NCBI GenBank assembly: GCA_045636685.1
Contig: JAZTXZ010000065.1
Location: 1-56,138, forward strand
Direction of reading: 5' to 3'
DNA from: Candidatus Avispirillum sp.
Lineage (GTDB): Bacteria > Bacillota > Clostridia > Oscillospirales > CAG-272
DNA: 56,138 nt
Position 1 is the stretch's first letter; every line of letters starts with the position of its first letter. Shown piece after piece: positions 19,205 to 28,461 of this stretch. Below the pieces are notes generated by a model that did not search any database, was not told the DNA's origin, and was given only the letters and a program-made list of their open reading frames with translations. The translations under genes were made by a program, and so were the position numbers.

Positions 19205-19244
19205 AGACCAGCGTACAAAATCTAAAGGTTTTGTACGCTGGTCT
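19205..19244 (-). terminator. intrinsic terminator after the MBL-fold gene
   Basis: Perfect 15-16-bp stem GACCAGCGTACAAAA/TTTTGTACGCTGGTC. Confidence 0.65.
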
Positions 19245-19249
19245 GCATT

Positions 19250-20113
19250 TTAAGAAAGAATTTCTCTTTCTATAAGATCTATCATTATTTTTGTGTTGAG
19301 AGTAAAAGCATCGATAGGGTATGAGTTTACTACTTCGCCATGATAAAAACGGTCTTTAAAATATTCAAATGCCTGTTCCTTTGTTCCTCCGAATTTCAGA
19401 ATAGAGGCAACCTCTCTGCAGGTTTCAACGGCACTTTTCTTTGCATTTTCAAGATAGAACTGAGTATCGTTTGTATTAAGTACCCCTAAATGAGGAATAA
19501 GGATTTTTTCTATTTCAAGGCCCTTAAGCTTGTCTATTGATTCGAGTGTCAGTCTGTATCCGACGAGATATGAAGGTATTATGTTTTTGTGGCCGTCATA
19601 TACTCCCAGAGTTTCGCTTGATATCAGCATTTTTTCACTCTCAAGATAAAATCCGAAAGAGCATTTTGTGTGTCCCGGCAGGTGTATTGCGCGTAAAGTT
19701 ATGTCACCCGCATTTATTATATCATTGTCCTGTACCGTTATATCGACTTTAAGATTATCAATAAGATCGTCGTACTCGTATATTTGGGCTGTAGCGGCAG
19801 CTTTTCTATCAAGCTCTCTCATAAGTGCTCTGGCAGAGGGCTTTTCGAAAATCTTCTTCGTATATTCTCCCGCAACTATCTGTGCCTCGGGATATACGGT
19901 CAATATATAAGGGCTTCCCAGAACATGATCGTAATGAGAATGGGTAAGAAGTATGTATTTAAGTTTCCTGTCTTTGAGATAGTCTCTGATCTTGTTTGCA
20001 ACATTGTATCCGGTAAAAGCAAATCCTGTATCAACAAGAACGGAGGTTACGCCGTCGTCAATGAGAAAAGCGCTGTCTCCCATTATACTCCTCATATCGG
20101 TTATTTTTATCAT
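19250..20113 (-). CDS. MBL-fold metallo-hydrolase
   Basis: Motif LTHSHYDH (HxHxDH). ATG 20113 is preceded by AAGGTGGTGA and is preferred over 20131. Confidence 0.8.
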   Translation of the reverse strand: MIKITDMRSIMGDSAFLIDDGVTSVLVDTGFAFTGYNVANKIRDYLKDRKLKYILLTHSHYDHVLGSPYILTVYPEAQIVAGEYTKKIFEKPSARALMRELDRKAAATAQIYEYDDLIDNLKVDITVQDNDIINAGDITLRAIHLPGHTKCSFGFYLESEKMLISSETLGVYDGHKNIIPSYLVGYRLTLESIDKLKGLEIEKILIPHLGVLNTNDTQFYLENAKKSAVETCREVASILKFGGTKEQAFEYFKDRFYHGEVVNSYPIDAFTLNTKIMIDLIEREILS

Positions 20114-20235
20114 TTGATCACCACCTTGCATTTATTATACCTCGATTATTCATGACTATCAATAGTTATATAAATATATCTGTCAAATTGCACATTTGCG
20201 TGACTTATAAATTTGCACAAAAAATAATAAAAGTA

Positions 20236-20264
20236 TTGCAAAAAGGCAGACAATATGCTAAAAT
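20236..20264 (+). promoter_or_regulatory. sigma-A type promoter candidate
   Basis: TTGCAA-17 nt-TAAAAT upstream of the dockerin-protein gene. Confidence 0.4.
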
Positions 20265-20362
20265 ATGTAAGTCTTAAAACACTGTTAAGATATTGTTTCA
20301 GAAAAAAGTTCTGATAGAAACTTTTTTTGTTTTATAAATTAAAAAACGGGAGATATCCGAAA

Positions 20363-21787
20363 ATGAATTTTTTCAAAAAAGCACTTGCAAGTTTTATAGC
20401 TATGATACTGTTCTGCTGTAGCTTTTCAGCTTGCCTTACAGTTTCTGCGGCAGAGATGGGCACGTATGACAATCCTGAAAATGCAAATGACAGGTATTTT
20501 TCAGCAGCACAGTGCTATCTCATAAATACAGACCTTGCAGCAGGCGATGAGGACGGATATTGGTATGTTTTTACTGCAGATAGTGCAGGTGTTGTGTGTA
20601 TAGATGCTACGGCAAAGGATGCAAACGGAAACGATACAAATTCCTATCAGGTAACTGTTGAGTGCTCGGGACGTACATACTATGCATTTGAAGAGATATA
20701 TGCGAGACCCATTACTCCGTTTAGGGTAAAGAAAGGCGACGTTGTCAAGATACATTTTACAGCAACTCCCGATGCCAATGGTGCATTTCCTAAGCTCAAG
20801 ATATACGCTAATATAGCTACTGTGTACGGAAATGATAATGCTCCCATTAATGTGAAAAGTAAAGAAGGATTTATAGCATATATTCAGGCTGATAGGAGTG
20901 TTGTGTATCAGGATGGAACAAGCGGCGGCCTTTACGGAGGCAAGGGAATAGTAGTTGAGGGATTAAATGATGTTATAAGTGTAACAGAGGTCACTGTAAA
21001 CAGTGTCGTATATACAGATACTGATAAAGACGGAAAAATTGAGCTTATGCTTCCCGGAGATCCTTCTGCCATGATACCTCTCCATCCGATCGTAACTATC
21101 TACAACGGCTCAAAAACAGATGCTAAGTATGTAGTAAGGCTTGTTGATGATGCATCAGAAAGCTCAACTCCTCTCGTGTGTGACCATAATCTTGTTCATT
21201 TTTCGAAGATAGAGCCTTGCCATAGAGATGGTACTGCTGAATATTGGTACTGCTCCAAGTGCGATACATATTACTCCAATCAAGAAGCAACTGCGATCAC
21301 AGACGTAGAAAAGCTTATTCTTCCTGCAGATCGTGATGCTGAATATAGTGCGGCAGTAGAAGCAAGCTGTTCTGCAAACGGTGTGCTGGCTCATTGGCAC
21401 TGTCCCGAATGTAATGAGTATTATCTTGATGAATCCTGCAGTGCAGCCGTTGAGTACAGCAGCCTTCTTACAGATAAGATTTCCCATGAATCTGAGTATT
21501 CCGAAACATTGACAGAATCAACCTTTACAGAGAAAGGAACTGCCGTATATATTTGTACGGTATGCGGTGAAGAAGAGATAAAAGAGCTTCCTTTTCTTGA
21601 GCATTGGATTAAGGGCGATATTAATAACGACGGTAAGATCAACGCCGCTGACGGAAATATTCTTAAAAGAATCCTTGTTGGATATTCTGTGGGAATACAG
21701 GAAAAGGATGCGGCAGATATGAATAGCGACGGTCTTGTAAATGCAATAGATTCCAACGCTATTAAGCGAGTAGTAACAGGAGCATAA
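20363..21787 (+). CDS. secreted dockerin-containing protein (PPC-like N-domain, Cys-rich repeats, type I dockerin)
   Basis: Signal peptide MNFFKKALASFIAMILFCCSFSACLTVSA after a GGGAGA RBS. The C-terminus has duplicated Ca-binding dockerin segments DINNDGKINAADGNILKR and DMNSDGLVNAIDSNAIKR. Confidence 0.8.
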   Translation: MNFFKKALASFIAMILFCCSFSACLTVSAAEMGTYDNPENANDRYFSAAQCYLINTDLAAGDEDGYWYVFTADSAGVVCIDATAKDANGNDTNSYQVTVECSGRTYYAFEEIYARPITPFRVKKGDVVKIHFTATPDANGAFPKLKIYANIATVYGNDNAPINVKSKEGFIAYIQADRSVVYQDGTSGGLYGGKGIVVEGLNDVISVTEVTVNSVVYTDTDKDGKIELMLPGDPSAMIPLHPIVTIYNGSKTDAKYVVRLVDDASESSTPLVCDHNLVHFSKIEPCHRDGTAEYWYCSKCDTYYSNQEATAITDVEKLILPADRDAEYSAAVEASCSANGVLAHWHCPECNEYYLDESCSAAVEYSSLLTDKISHESEYSETLTESTFTEKGTAVYICTVCGEEEIKELPFLEHWIKGDINNDGKINAADGNILKRILVGYSVGIQEKDAADMNSDGLVNAIDSNAIKRVVTGA

Positions 21788-21850
21788 ATTATCCCTGATA
21801 CTATGGGCGCAAGAATGATGTCATAATATTTAGTAATCCACGGATAAAAT

Positions 21851-21880
21851 AAAAACACCGGTTTAACCGGTGTTTTTATT
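21851..21880. terminator. bidirectional intrinsic terminator between convergent genes
   Basis: 11-bp stem AAAAACACCGG/CCGGTGTTTTT. Confidence 0.75.
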
Positions 21881-23647
21881 TTATCCCAGAATCGGCGATT
21901 CAACAAATTCAACTGTTAAAGAATCAGTAGAGTCAGATTCAAATACTATTATTTCATTTTCGCCATTCTTTAAAAACGGGGCAGGGACATAAAGTGTTTT
22001 TTGCGGACCTGCGTTGTTAAAATATCTTCCGATATTCTTTCCGTTTATCATGACAAATCCTTTTGTAAATCCCTCGAGAAGGATAAAGGTATCATGGGGA
22101 TTGCCGGATATATTCAAGGTTCCCTTAAAAAACGCAGGTGCGCAAGGAATATCTTCGCTTATTGGTTTAAACTCAAGATCGGTAAGATCATCCATTGGAA
22201 GGGGATACATATCCCAGCCGAAGTGATACTGGTTTCCGATTCGAACACCGCGAATGCCTTTCTTATCTCTTATCTTCGGGCCATAATTTATCCTGCCCAT
22301 GTTTTCGCAGAGAATATCGAGACAGACGGATTCATCATTGGTAAGCGGGAAGCCCACATGGGTGTGTTCTCTTGATTCTCTGTCCCAGCGTTCTATCTTG
22401 CCAATAGCATTTTGATTTTTATATATTAAAGCTCTGTCGTGTACGGTGTCAATACCAAGCTCCCATCCGTCAGAGGGACCATTCAGCGTTGTTCTGTATA
22501 GGGTGTAGCCAAAGTCCTGACCAATGTTTTCCATAAATTTTGGAGCAACAGTGTGTACAGGGGATGAAATTCTTTCCAGATTTTCAAATAGTCCCGCAAA
22601 GCGGTTAAGTGAAACTTTTCCATAAGCACATTTTTCGGAGTCTACAGCAGTAAGGCAGGGAAGTTCGCCGTAACGTTCTCCGATAATATTTCTTATAGCA
22701 TAGTAAAGCTCTGTTCTGTCTCCTGCTTCATTCAGCGGTGCGTTATAATCATAGCTTGTAACAGTAGGTTCGTAAGTTTTGATATGGTTTGCTCCGTTTG
22801 TAAAGCCGAAATTTGTTCCGCCGTGGAACATATAGAAGTTGAAAGAAGCGCCGAGATCTGCAAATTCACGAACATCCTCAATTATTTCTTCGGCAGGACG
22901 AACGTGATGCTCTTCAAACCAATGGTCAAACCAGCCACACCAATATTCACCGCACATAAGAGGCTGTCCCGGAAACATCTTCTTAAGAAAATCAAGATTT
23001 TGAGCAGGCTTAGATCCAAAATTACCTACTGCAATATACCCGTCAAGGCTACCTCCGGAAAGCATCGAATAAGTGGGACCGTCTGAAGTAAAGAAAAGAC
23101 ACTCAATATCATTTTCGTGGTAAATATCAATGATGGCTTTAAGGTAGTCTTTGTCATTTCCGAAGCTTCCGTATTCATTTTCTATCTGAAGCATGAAAAT
23201 ATTACCGCCGTTGACAGCAAGTCTTGAACGGATGCGTCCAAGAAGCTCCTTGTAATAGCGGCGAACCTTTGAAAGGAAGATACAGTCATAGCAGCGAAGC
23301 TCCATGTCATTATAGGTGAGAAGCCAGGAGGGAAGACCTCCCATATCCCATTCTGCGCAGATATAGGGACCGGGACGAAGTATCACGTTAAGTCCGAGAC
23401 TTGCGGCAGTATCTATATATGATTCAATATCAAGCTCGCCGGAGAAATCAAATTCTCCTTCACGGCGTTCATGAAGATTCCATGGGGTATATGTTTCAAC
23501 GGTATTAAAACCGCATTCTTTAAGTTTCAGAAGTCTGTCATACCAATATTCCCGAGGTATGCGGAAATAGTGCATAGCACCTGATATAACTGTGTAAGGT
23601 TTTCCGTCAAGATAAAACTGAGTGCCTTTGTAAGTTAAAATACCCAT
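21881..23647 (-). CDS. beta-galactosidase, glycoside hydrolase family 35
   Basis: 588 aa. The N-terminus F.LDGKPYTVISGAMHYFRIPREYWYDRLLKLKECGFNTVETYTPWNLHE, followed by the QIENEYG catalytic region, is typical of GH35. Confidence 0.9.
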   Translation of the reverse strand: MGILTYKGTQFYLDGKPYTVISGAMHYFRIPREYWYDRLLKLKECGFNTVETYTPWNLHERREGEFDFSGELDIESYIDTAASLGLNVILRPGPYICAEWDMGGLPSWLLTYNDMELRCYDCIFLSKVRRYYKELLGRIRSRLAVNGGNIFMLQIENEYGSFGNDKDYLKAIIDIYHENDIECLFFTSDGPTYSMLSGGSLDGYIAVGNFGSKPAQNLDFLKKMFPGQPLMCGEYWCGWFDHWFEEHHVRPAEEIIEDVREFADLGASFNFYMFHGGTNFGFTNGANHIKTYEPTVTSYDYNAPLNEAGDRTELYYAIRNIIGERYGELPCLTAVDSEKCAYGKVSLNRFAGLFENLERISSPVHTVAPKFMENIGQDFGYTLYRTTLNGPSDGWELGIDTVHDRALIYKNQNAIGKIERWDRESREHTHVGFPLTNDESVCLDILCENMGRINYGPKIRDKKGIRGVRIGNQYHFGWDMYPLPMDDLTDLEFKPISEDIPCAPAFFKGTLNISGNPHDTFILLEGFTKGFVMINGKNIGRYFNNAGPQKTLYVPAPFLKNGENEIIVFESDSTDSLTVEFVESPILG

Positions 23648-23672
23648 AGAAATTCTCCCTGCATTTTTTTAT

Positions 23673-23718
23673 ATTATACCATAATCGTAAAAATATAGCC
23701 ATATAAATCGCAAAAATA
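23673..23718 (-). promoter_or_regulatory. GH35 promoter candidate with extended -10 and an upstream 18-nt motif
   Basis: On the minus strand: TATTTTTGCGATTTATAT, then 22 nt, then TGGTATAAT, with an AGGGAG RBS downstream. Confidence 0.45.
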
Positions 23719-23721
23719 AAA

Positions 23722-23805
23722 AAAGCCCCGAAGGGGGAACAAAAATGAAATAACCCTTGTCTGAAGACCTTCTTTACGATCTTTTTTCTCAGTCAAGGGT
23801 TATTT
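23722..23805 (-). terminator. tandem terminator structures (long hairpin plus short GC hairpin with U7)
   Basis: A 12-bp outer stem AAATAACCCTTG/CAAGGGTTATTT with further inner pairing, then CCCC-TTC-GGGG followed by CTTTTTTTA (minus-strand reading). Confidence 0.55.
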
Positions 23806-24324
23806 CTGTTCACCCTTGATATCTAACATATTTCAACCTCTCTTTCTTAAATTGGGTGAATTGCTTTAATCTGAAATATCTGATTAATTCCTAGAGATAA
23901 ACCATCTATATAATTCCCGTAAGTGAGAAGCACTTAAATGACGGAATCAATCATTCAGAAGGGAAAACCTATTTTGAAAGCTTTTCTAAAATCATGGCAA
24001 ATAACTGAAAGAATTAAATCTCCAACTTCACTTGAATAATTTTGATTTCTACTAAATCTTCGAAACCTGATTCACTGTTTTTTGAACTGTAGCTCTCAAA
24101 AACCTTTTCTTCTTCGATCTTTAAGATATTCAAAAAACTGAAACTCACAACTACCTGGTAACTAACTTCCTACAGTTTGTTTTTAATCGACTTCCTACTT
24201 TCGATTTTATAAATTACTCAGTTTATCATGCCACTCATTTGAGATTTGAGCTTTCTTTTTAGATCTTCATTGGTATCACCCTTTCCTTGGCTATATATTA
24301 CCACAGATATTTAATGAATGCAAT
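23722..24324 (-). ncRNA. candidate ~600-nt non-coding transcript (class unknown)
   Basis: No ORF of 60 aa or more in any frame across 23648-24510. A TATAAT -10 at 24331-24336 and the tandem terminators at 23722-23805 delimit a minus-strand unit. All three minus frames are stop-dense. Confidence 0.3.
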
Positions 24325-24330
24325 ACACGG

Positions 24331-24375
24331 ATTATACAAAGTTCACTAAAATTATTTATATAAATCGCAGAAATA
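24331..24375 (-). promoter_or_regulatory. promoter candidate of the ORF-free unit, sharing an upstream motif with the GH35 promoter
   Basis: On the minus strand: TATTTCTGCGATTTATAT, then 21 nt, then TATAAT. The 18-mer is 17/18 identical to the one at 23701-23718. Confidence 0.4.
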
Positions 24376-24473
24376 GTGCATAATGACCATTTATGTGTAA
24401 AATCAGTATTGACTTTATATAGAGAGATTTGATATACTGAATATGTTGGGGCGATTATAAACTGATTGATATA

Positions 24474-24510
24474 TAAAGAAAAACGGCACGATGTTATCGT
24501 GCCGTTTTTT
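24474..24510 (-). terminator. intrinsic terminator after the PrsW-like gene
   Basis: Stem ACGGCACGA/TCGTGCCGT, flanked by A/T runs. Confidence 0.7.
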
Positions 24511-25461
24511 TCAGATGTTTATAAAATCATTGTTTTGGGAAGCGCTTTTATCAGCATTGGCATTCTTAATTTCTTCATACATCATCATTCTTGATCTTTC
24601 TTCTGCTTGTTTCTGAATAGATGCCAGAATATGCGGATATTTTTGGAAAATAAGAACCTGGGAATATGTGTGGTCAGGAAGGTCATCCTTTGAAAGCTTT
24701 CCGATACGAATGAAACAGAAGATATAAAGGAAAATCAGTAATGCATAAAGTGAAAGAGTTGCAGCAAGACCGCCTACAGTGCAGTAATAGTCATAGAGGC
24801 CATGTATAAAAATGGGAATAAGAAGACTGAAAACAAGATGTTTTCCGGGAGAGAATTCAAATGCAAATTTATCGATAAGACCGTTTCTTTTGAGACGAAT
24901 CTCTTCTTTTTTTGCCAGTGAATACATATGCCACATACTGTAATTGCATCCCATAATAACGGCGAAGAACATATGGCCGGGAACAGACATTATAGCTCTC
25001 ATAAGTGCATTGAGCCAACCGTATTCAAGGACATAGAGCACATTTTCGAATGCAGCAAAGCCCAGAGATACGAAAACCGCATATACAACACCGTCAAAAA
25101 GACTGTTGAAGTTCTTGTTGTTACGTGTAACGAGGAACATAACAAGCCATTTGAGACCCTCTTCGACAAGCGCGATACCAATGAAATTGCTGATAATATG
25201 ATACATGGTATATGTAGCGGAATCAAGCACCAATGTATCGCCTTCCATTGTACCGAACAAGGAAAACACACTGTTTATGATACTGTCAAGTGCACTTTCA
25301 ATAAGAGATGCAGGGAAACAGATGGCAACACCAAGGGCTAAAAGCAAAAGAAGAAGGCCGACAGGCTCCTTTTCCACACGGTCTTTTGTGTAAATAAAAA
25401 TACAAAGAACGATGGCAGGGAAAAGCGCGGCACATACGAGAAGGATATCATTAATTCCCAT
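24511..25461 (-). CDS. PrsW-family intramembrane metalloprotease
   Basis: Polytopic, with the family's motifs VEEGLKW (EExxK), FAAFENVLY and IHGLYDY. Confidence 0.75.
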   Translation of the reverse strand: MGINDILLVCAALFPAIVLCIFIYTKDRVEKEPVGLLLLLLALGVAICFPASLIESALDSIINSVFSLFGTMEGDTLVLDSATYTMYHIISNFIGIALVEEGLKWLVMFLVTRNNKNFNSLFDGVVYAVFVSLGFAAFENVLYVLEYGWLNALMRAIMSVPGHMFFAVIMGCNYSMWHMYSLAKKEEIRLKRNGLIDKFAFEFSPGKHLVFSLLIPIFIHGLYDYYCTVGGLAATLSLYALLIFLYIFCFIRIGKLSKDDLPDHTYSQVLIFQKYPHILASIQKQAEERSRMMMYEEIKNANADKSASQNNDFINI

Positions 25462-25598
25462 AAATACCTCCGATAAATTTTTTCATAATTATACACGATA
25501 CTGTAAGTAAAGTAAACAGCTTTATGAAAAGAAAAATATTGAAAAGTATTGTCGAAGGTTGTATAATCAAAATACAGTAGTCTATAGGAGAGAAGATA

Positions 25599-26342
25599 AT
25601 GTATTCTTTTGATGCGGTTCATGCAACTTGTGAGTGCGTGAAATGGATAAGAGATTTTTTTGATAAAAACGGTAAGGACTGTAATGCGGTTCTTGGTATA
25701 TCAGGAGGTAAGGATTCTTCCCTTGTTGCAGCACTTTGTGTTGAGGCTCTTGGCAAGGACAGGGTGATCGGAGTCCTTATGCCAAACGGTGAACAGAGTG
25801 ATATAGATTATGCATACGGTATTTGTGAGCATCTTGGGATCAGATATCATGTGGTAAATATCAAATCTGCTTATGATGCAATTGTTGCAGAACTTGAAGA
25901 AAACTGTCAGCTTACAGAACAAGCCAAGGTGAATCTTTCACCGAGAATAAGAATGTCTTGCGTATATGCTGTCAGCCAGTGTAATAATGGCAGGGTTGCA
26001 AATACCTGTAATCTCAGTGAGGATTGGGTTGGGTATTCAACAAGATATGGTGACTCGGTGGGAGATTTTGCTCCTACATCCTGCTTTACGGTAACAGAGG
26101 TAAAGGAGATGTCGGCATATCTGGGAATCCCTGAAAAGTATTATAATAAAGTTCCTTCAGACGGACTCTGCGGAAAGACCGATGAAGATAATCTCGGGTT
26201 CACATATGCTTGCCTTGATGATTATATCAGAAAAGGAATCGAACCGCCGCAGGAGATAAAAGAGCGAATAGACAGGCTTCATAGGATGAATCTTTTTAAG
26301 CTCAGCTATATGCCCGTATTTGAATACAAGGGTAAAGAGTAA
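25599..26342 (+). CDS. nadE: NH3-dependent NAD+ synthetase
   Basis: 247 aa with PP-loop GISGGKDSSLVAAL. Overall length and pattern match NadE. Confidence 0.85.
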   Translation: MYSFDAVHATCECVKWIRDFFDKNGKDCNAVLGISGGKDSSLVAALCVEALGKDRVIGVLMPNGEQSDIDYAYGICEHLGIRYHVVNIKSAYDAIVAELEENCQLTEQAKVNLSPRIRMSCVYAVSQCNNGRVANTCNLSEDWVGYSTRYGDSVGDFAPTSCFTVTEVKEMSAYLGIPEKYYNKVPSDGLCGKTDEDNLGFTYACLDDYIRKGIEPPQEIKERIDRLHRMNLFKLSYMPVFEYKGKE

Positions 26343-26369
26343 CAGTATTATTTGCTGCATTTTATGAGA

Positions 26370-26418
26370 AAAAATCCCCTGCAAAACAGAAACTGATCTG
26401 TTTTGCAGGGGGCTTTTA
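26370..26418. terminator. bidirectional intrinsic terminator between convergent genes
   Basis: 14-bp stem CCCCTGCAAAACAG/CTGTTTTGCAGGGG. Confidence 0.75.
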
Positions 26419-26420
26419 TG

Positions 26421-28334
26421 TTATTCTGCCTTAAGTGTATTCTTGCGCTTAATCTTTTTTACTGTCTTTACAGTAATAAGTGCTATAACTCCTGCGATGA
26501 TAACAATCAAAATGAGAATAATGTATGTAAATATATTCGCATTTTTAAGAAGCTTTACGGGATTGTAGCTTTTGTAAACTATCTTTCTTCCGTCAGTGCT
26601 TGAATACTTTGCATCCATTTCACCGTCCATCTCAAGGAGGTAAGAAGCAATTGCATACCATTCCTTTACGGGATCACCTTCACTGTCGCGGACAACATAG
26701 TTAACAAGCTTGTCTGCGCTGATGGGGTTTCCTTCTGCATCTCTGGGAGTAATCTTAAGGATACCCTTTGATGTATCCTCAACACTGCCGAGCATCTGTC
26801 CGGCATACATGCCTGTAACAACACGATAGAGCTTTTCGTCATCGATCTCTTCAAGAGTACCGTCGTCGCGGCGAAGCATAGCATAATCGACCTTATTAAA
26901 GATCATGCGTGCCTTGTTAAAAGAATACTTAACGCCTGAGAAATAAAGCTGAGCAGATTTCATAAGAGGCTGAACGGAGGCATCGACTTCAAAAGCATTT
27001 TTCAGATCTTTGCCGGTAATGTATACAGCAATAAGTTCGCCTTCAGTTCCAACGCCAAGTGACGCAGCGTTGAAAACATCTGAAGTGGTAATTTCACCGG
27101 TGGGAAGACTTTCGCGAACAACTCCTGCCGCCGTAAGGGCTACATCTACAGGCTCGCCGGAAGCTTTTTCAACAGCCCATTTGTATGCATCGGAAAAGAT
27201 GTTGCAAACTGCACTTTCGTGTTGTTTTGCTTTAACTTCTTTAACAGTTTCGAATTTGTAAGGGTTGTTAACCAGAACCTGATCAAATGTGACGCCGTAT
27301 TCGGAAAGGTAATCAGCTTCAACATTTGCCTTGAAGTCTTCAACGAGACCTGCAATATTATCATTTTCAGGGGTGTTTTCGTTGATGGGAATAAGTTCGT
27401 ATCTGTCAAGTTCAGCAGTACCGTCATCTGAAATATCAAGCTCTGCAACACCGAGGTATTTGCCGTAATCTGCAGCAGATACAATGTAGGTGCCGTTTAC
27501 TTCAACAGCTTCTGTAAGTGTTGAGTGTGTATGGCCTGAAATGATGAGATGAATGCCGTTTGTGTTTTTTGCAAGCTCGTAGTCTTCGCCCTTTCGCTTT
27601 TCTGTTCCTGCGTGTGAAAGACAGATAACAACGGGTTCTTTTCCGTATTTCTCAAGGCATTCAGCTTTGGCTGCGTCCACTGTTTTCTGTGCTGTAACAG
27701 CGGGATCGAGGAACTTCATTCCGGAGTTGGGTGCGCAGTCATCAGCGTCGAGTCCGAAAATGCCGAATACAGCAAAGTAAACTCCGCCGCGCTCTAATAT
27801 AACATAGTCGCGTACTCCGTAATTGTCAAAAGCATCGGAAACAATTTTGTTGTAACCGTCTTCGCCCTTTTCAGGGGGAAGATAGTTTGATTCGACAATG
27901 TAAGGAAGTTTATCTCCCGAAGCTTTTGCGGCATTGAGCATAGATGCAAGTCCGTCCTGCAGATAATCATATTCATGATTGCCGAAGGTGGTAACATCAT
28001 AACCCATAGCACCCATAATGCGAAGCTCTATGGCACTTGTAGCATAGGCAGTCTGGAAAAGAGAACCCATGGAAAAATCGCCCGCATCGACGAGAATAGC
28101 ATTGGGATCTTCTTTCTTCTCTTCGTCTATTGCGTGCATAAGGCGCGCATAGCCGCCGTATTCGCCGCCCTCATCGGATCGTGAAGGGAGCAGATGGGAG
28201 TGGAGATCGTGCGTGAAAAGAACAGTGACCTCATCTGTGTCATTTTCGGCAAATACACCGATACATAGAGATAAGATAAATACTGTTGCGAGGGTGATAG
28301 CGGAAAATCTTTTGATAAAATTCTTCATAGTCAA
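26421..28334 (-). CDS. bifunctional metallophosphatase / 5'-nucleotidase, secreted and C-terminally membrane-anchored
   Basis: Signal peptide. Motifs FTHDLHSH, DAGDFSMGS, GNHEYD and SGHTHS. C-terminal TM FTYIILILIVIIAGVIALITV. Confidence 0.85.
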   Translation of the reverse strand: MTMKNFIKRFSAITLATVFILSLCIGVFAENDTDEVTVLFTHDLHSHLLPSRSDEGGEYGGYARLMHAIDEEKKEDPNAILVDAGDFSMGSLFQTAYATSAIELRIMGAMGYDVTTFGNHEYDYLQDGLASMLNAAKASGDKLPYIVESNYLPPEKGEDGYNKIVSDAFDNYGVRDYVILERGGVYFAVFGIFGLDADDCAPNSGMKFLDPAVTAQKTVDAAKAECLEKYGKEPVVICLSHAGTEKRKGEDYELAKNTNGIHLIISGHTHSTLTEAVEVNGTYIVSAADYGKYLGVAELDISDDGTAELDRYELIPINENTPENDNIAGLVEDFKANVEADYLSEYGVTFDQVLVNNPYKFETVKEVKAKQHESAVCNIFSDAYKWAVEKASGEPVDVALTAAGVVRESLPTGEITTSDVFNAASLGVGTEGELIAVYITGKDLKNAFEVDASVQPLMKSAQLYFSGVKYSFNKARMIFNKVDYAMLRRDDGTLEEIDDEKLYRVVTGMYAGQMLGSVEDTSKGILKITPRDAEGNPISADKLVNYVVRDSEGDPVKEWYAIASYLLEMDGEMDAKYSSTDGRKIVYKSYNPVKLLKNANIFTYIILILIVIIAGVIALITVKTVKKIKRKNTLKAE

Positions 28335-28461
28335 CTCTCATAAAAATAATTTTAAGAATTATAACATAAATTTACAGTAAATTCAACTGTATCTAAACTA
28401 AAAGATGTAGAAAATATATTTTCCTTATGCTATAATCATAAAAAAGAGAGGTGAAAAAGGT

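Noticed and set aside
23648-24510. Whether the ORF-free locus is a housekeeping RNA (tmRNA, RNase P RNA, 6S, SRP RNA), a tRNA or a group II intron.
   Set aside because: I could not find the hallmark strings: the RNase P GAGGAAAGUCC core, a tmRNA tag ORF with a tRNA-like CCA end, a tRNA T-loop GGTTCGAAT, or the intron 5' GTGCG with domain V. Size and AT-richness also fit poorly. The class is left unknown rather than assigned.
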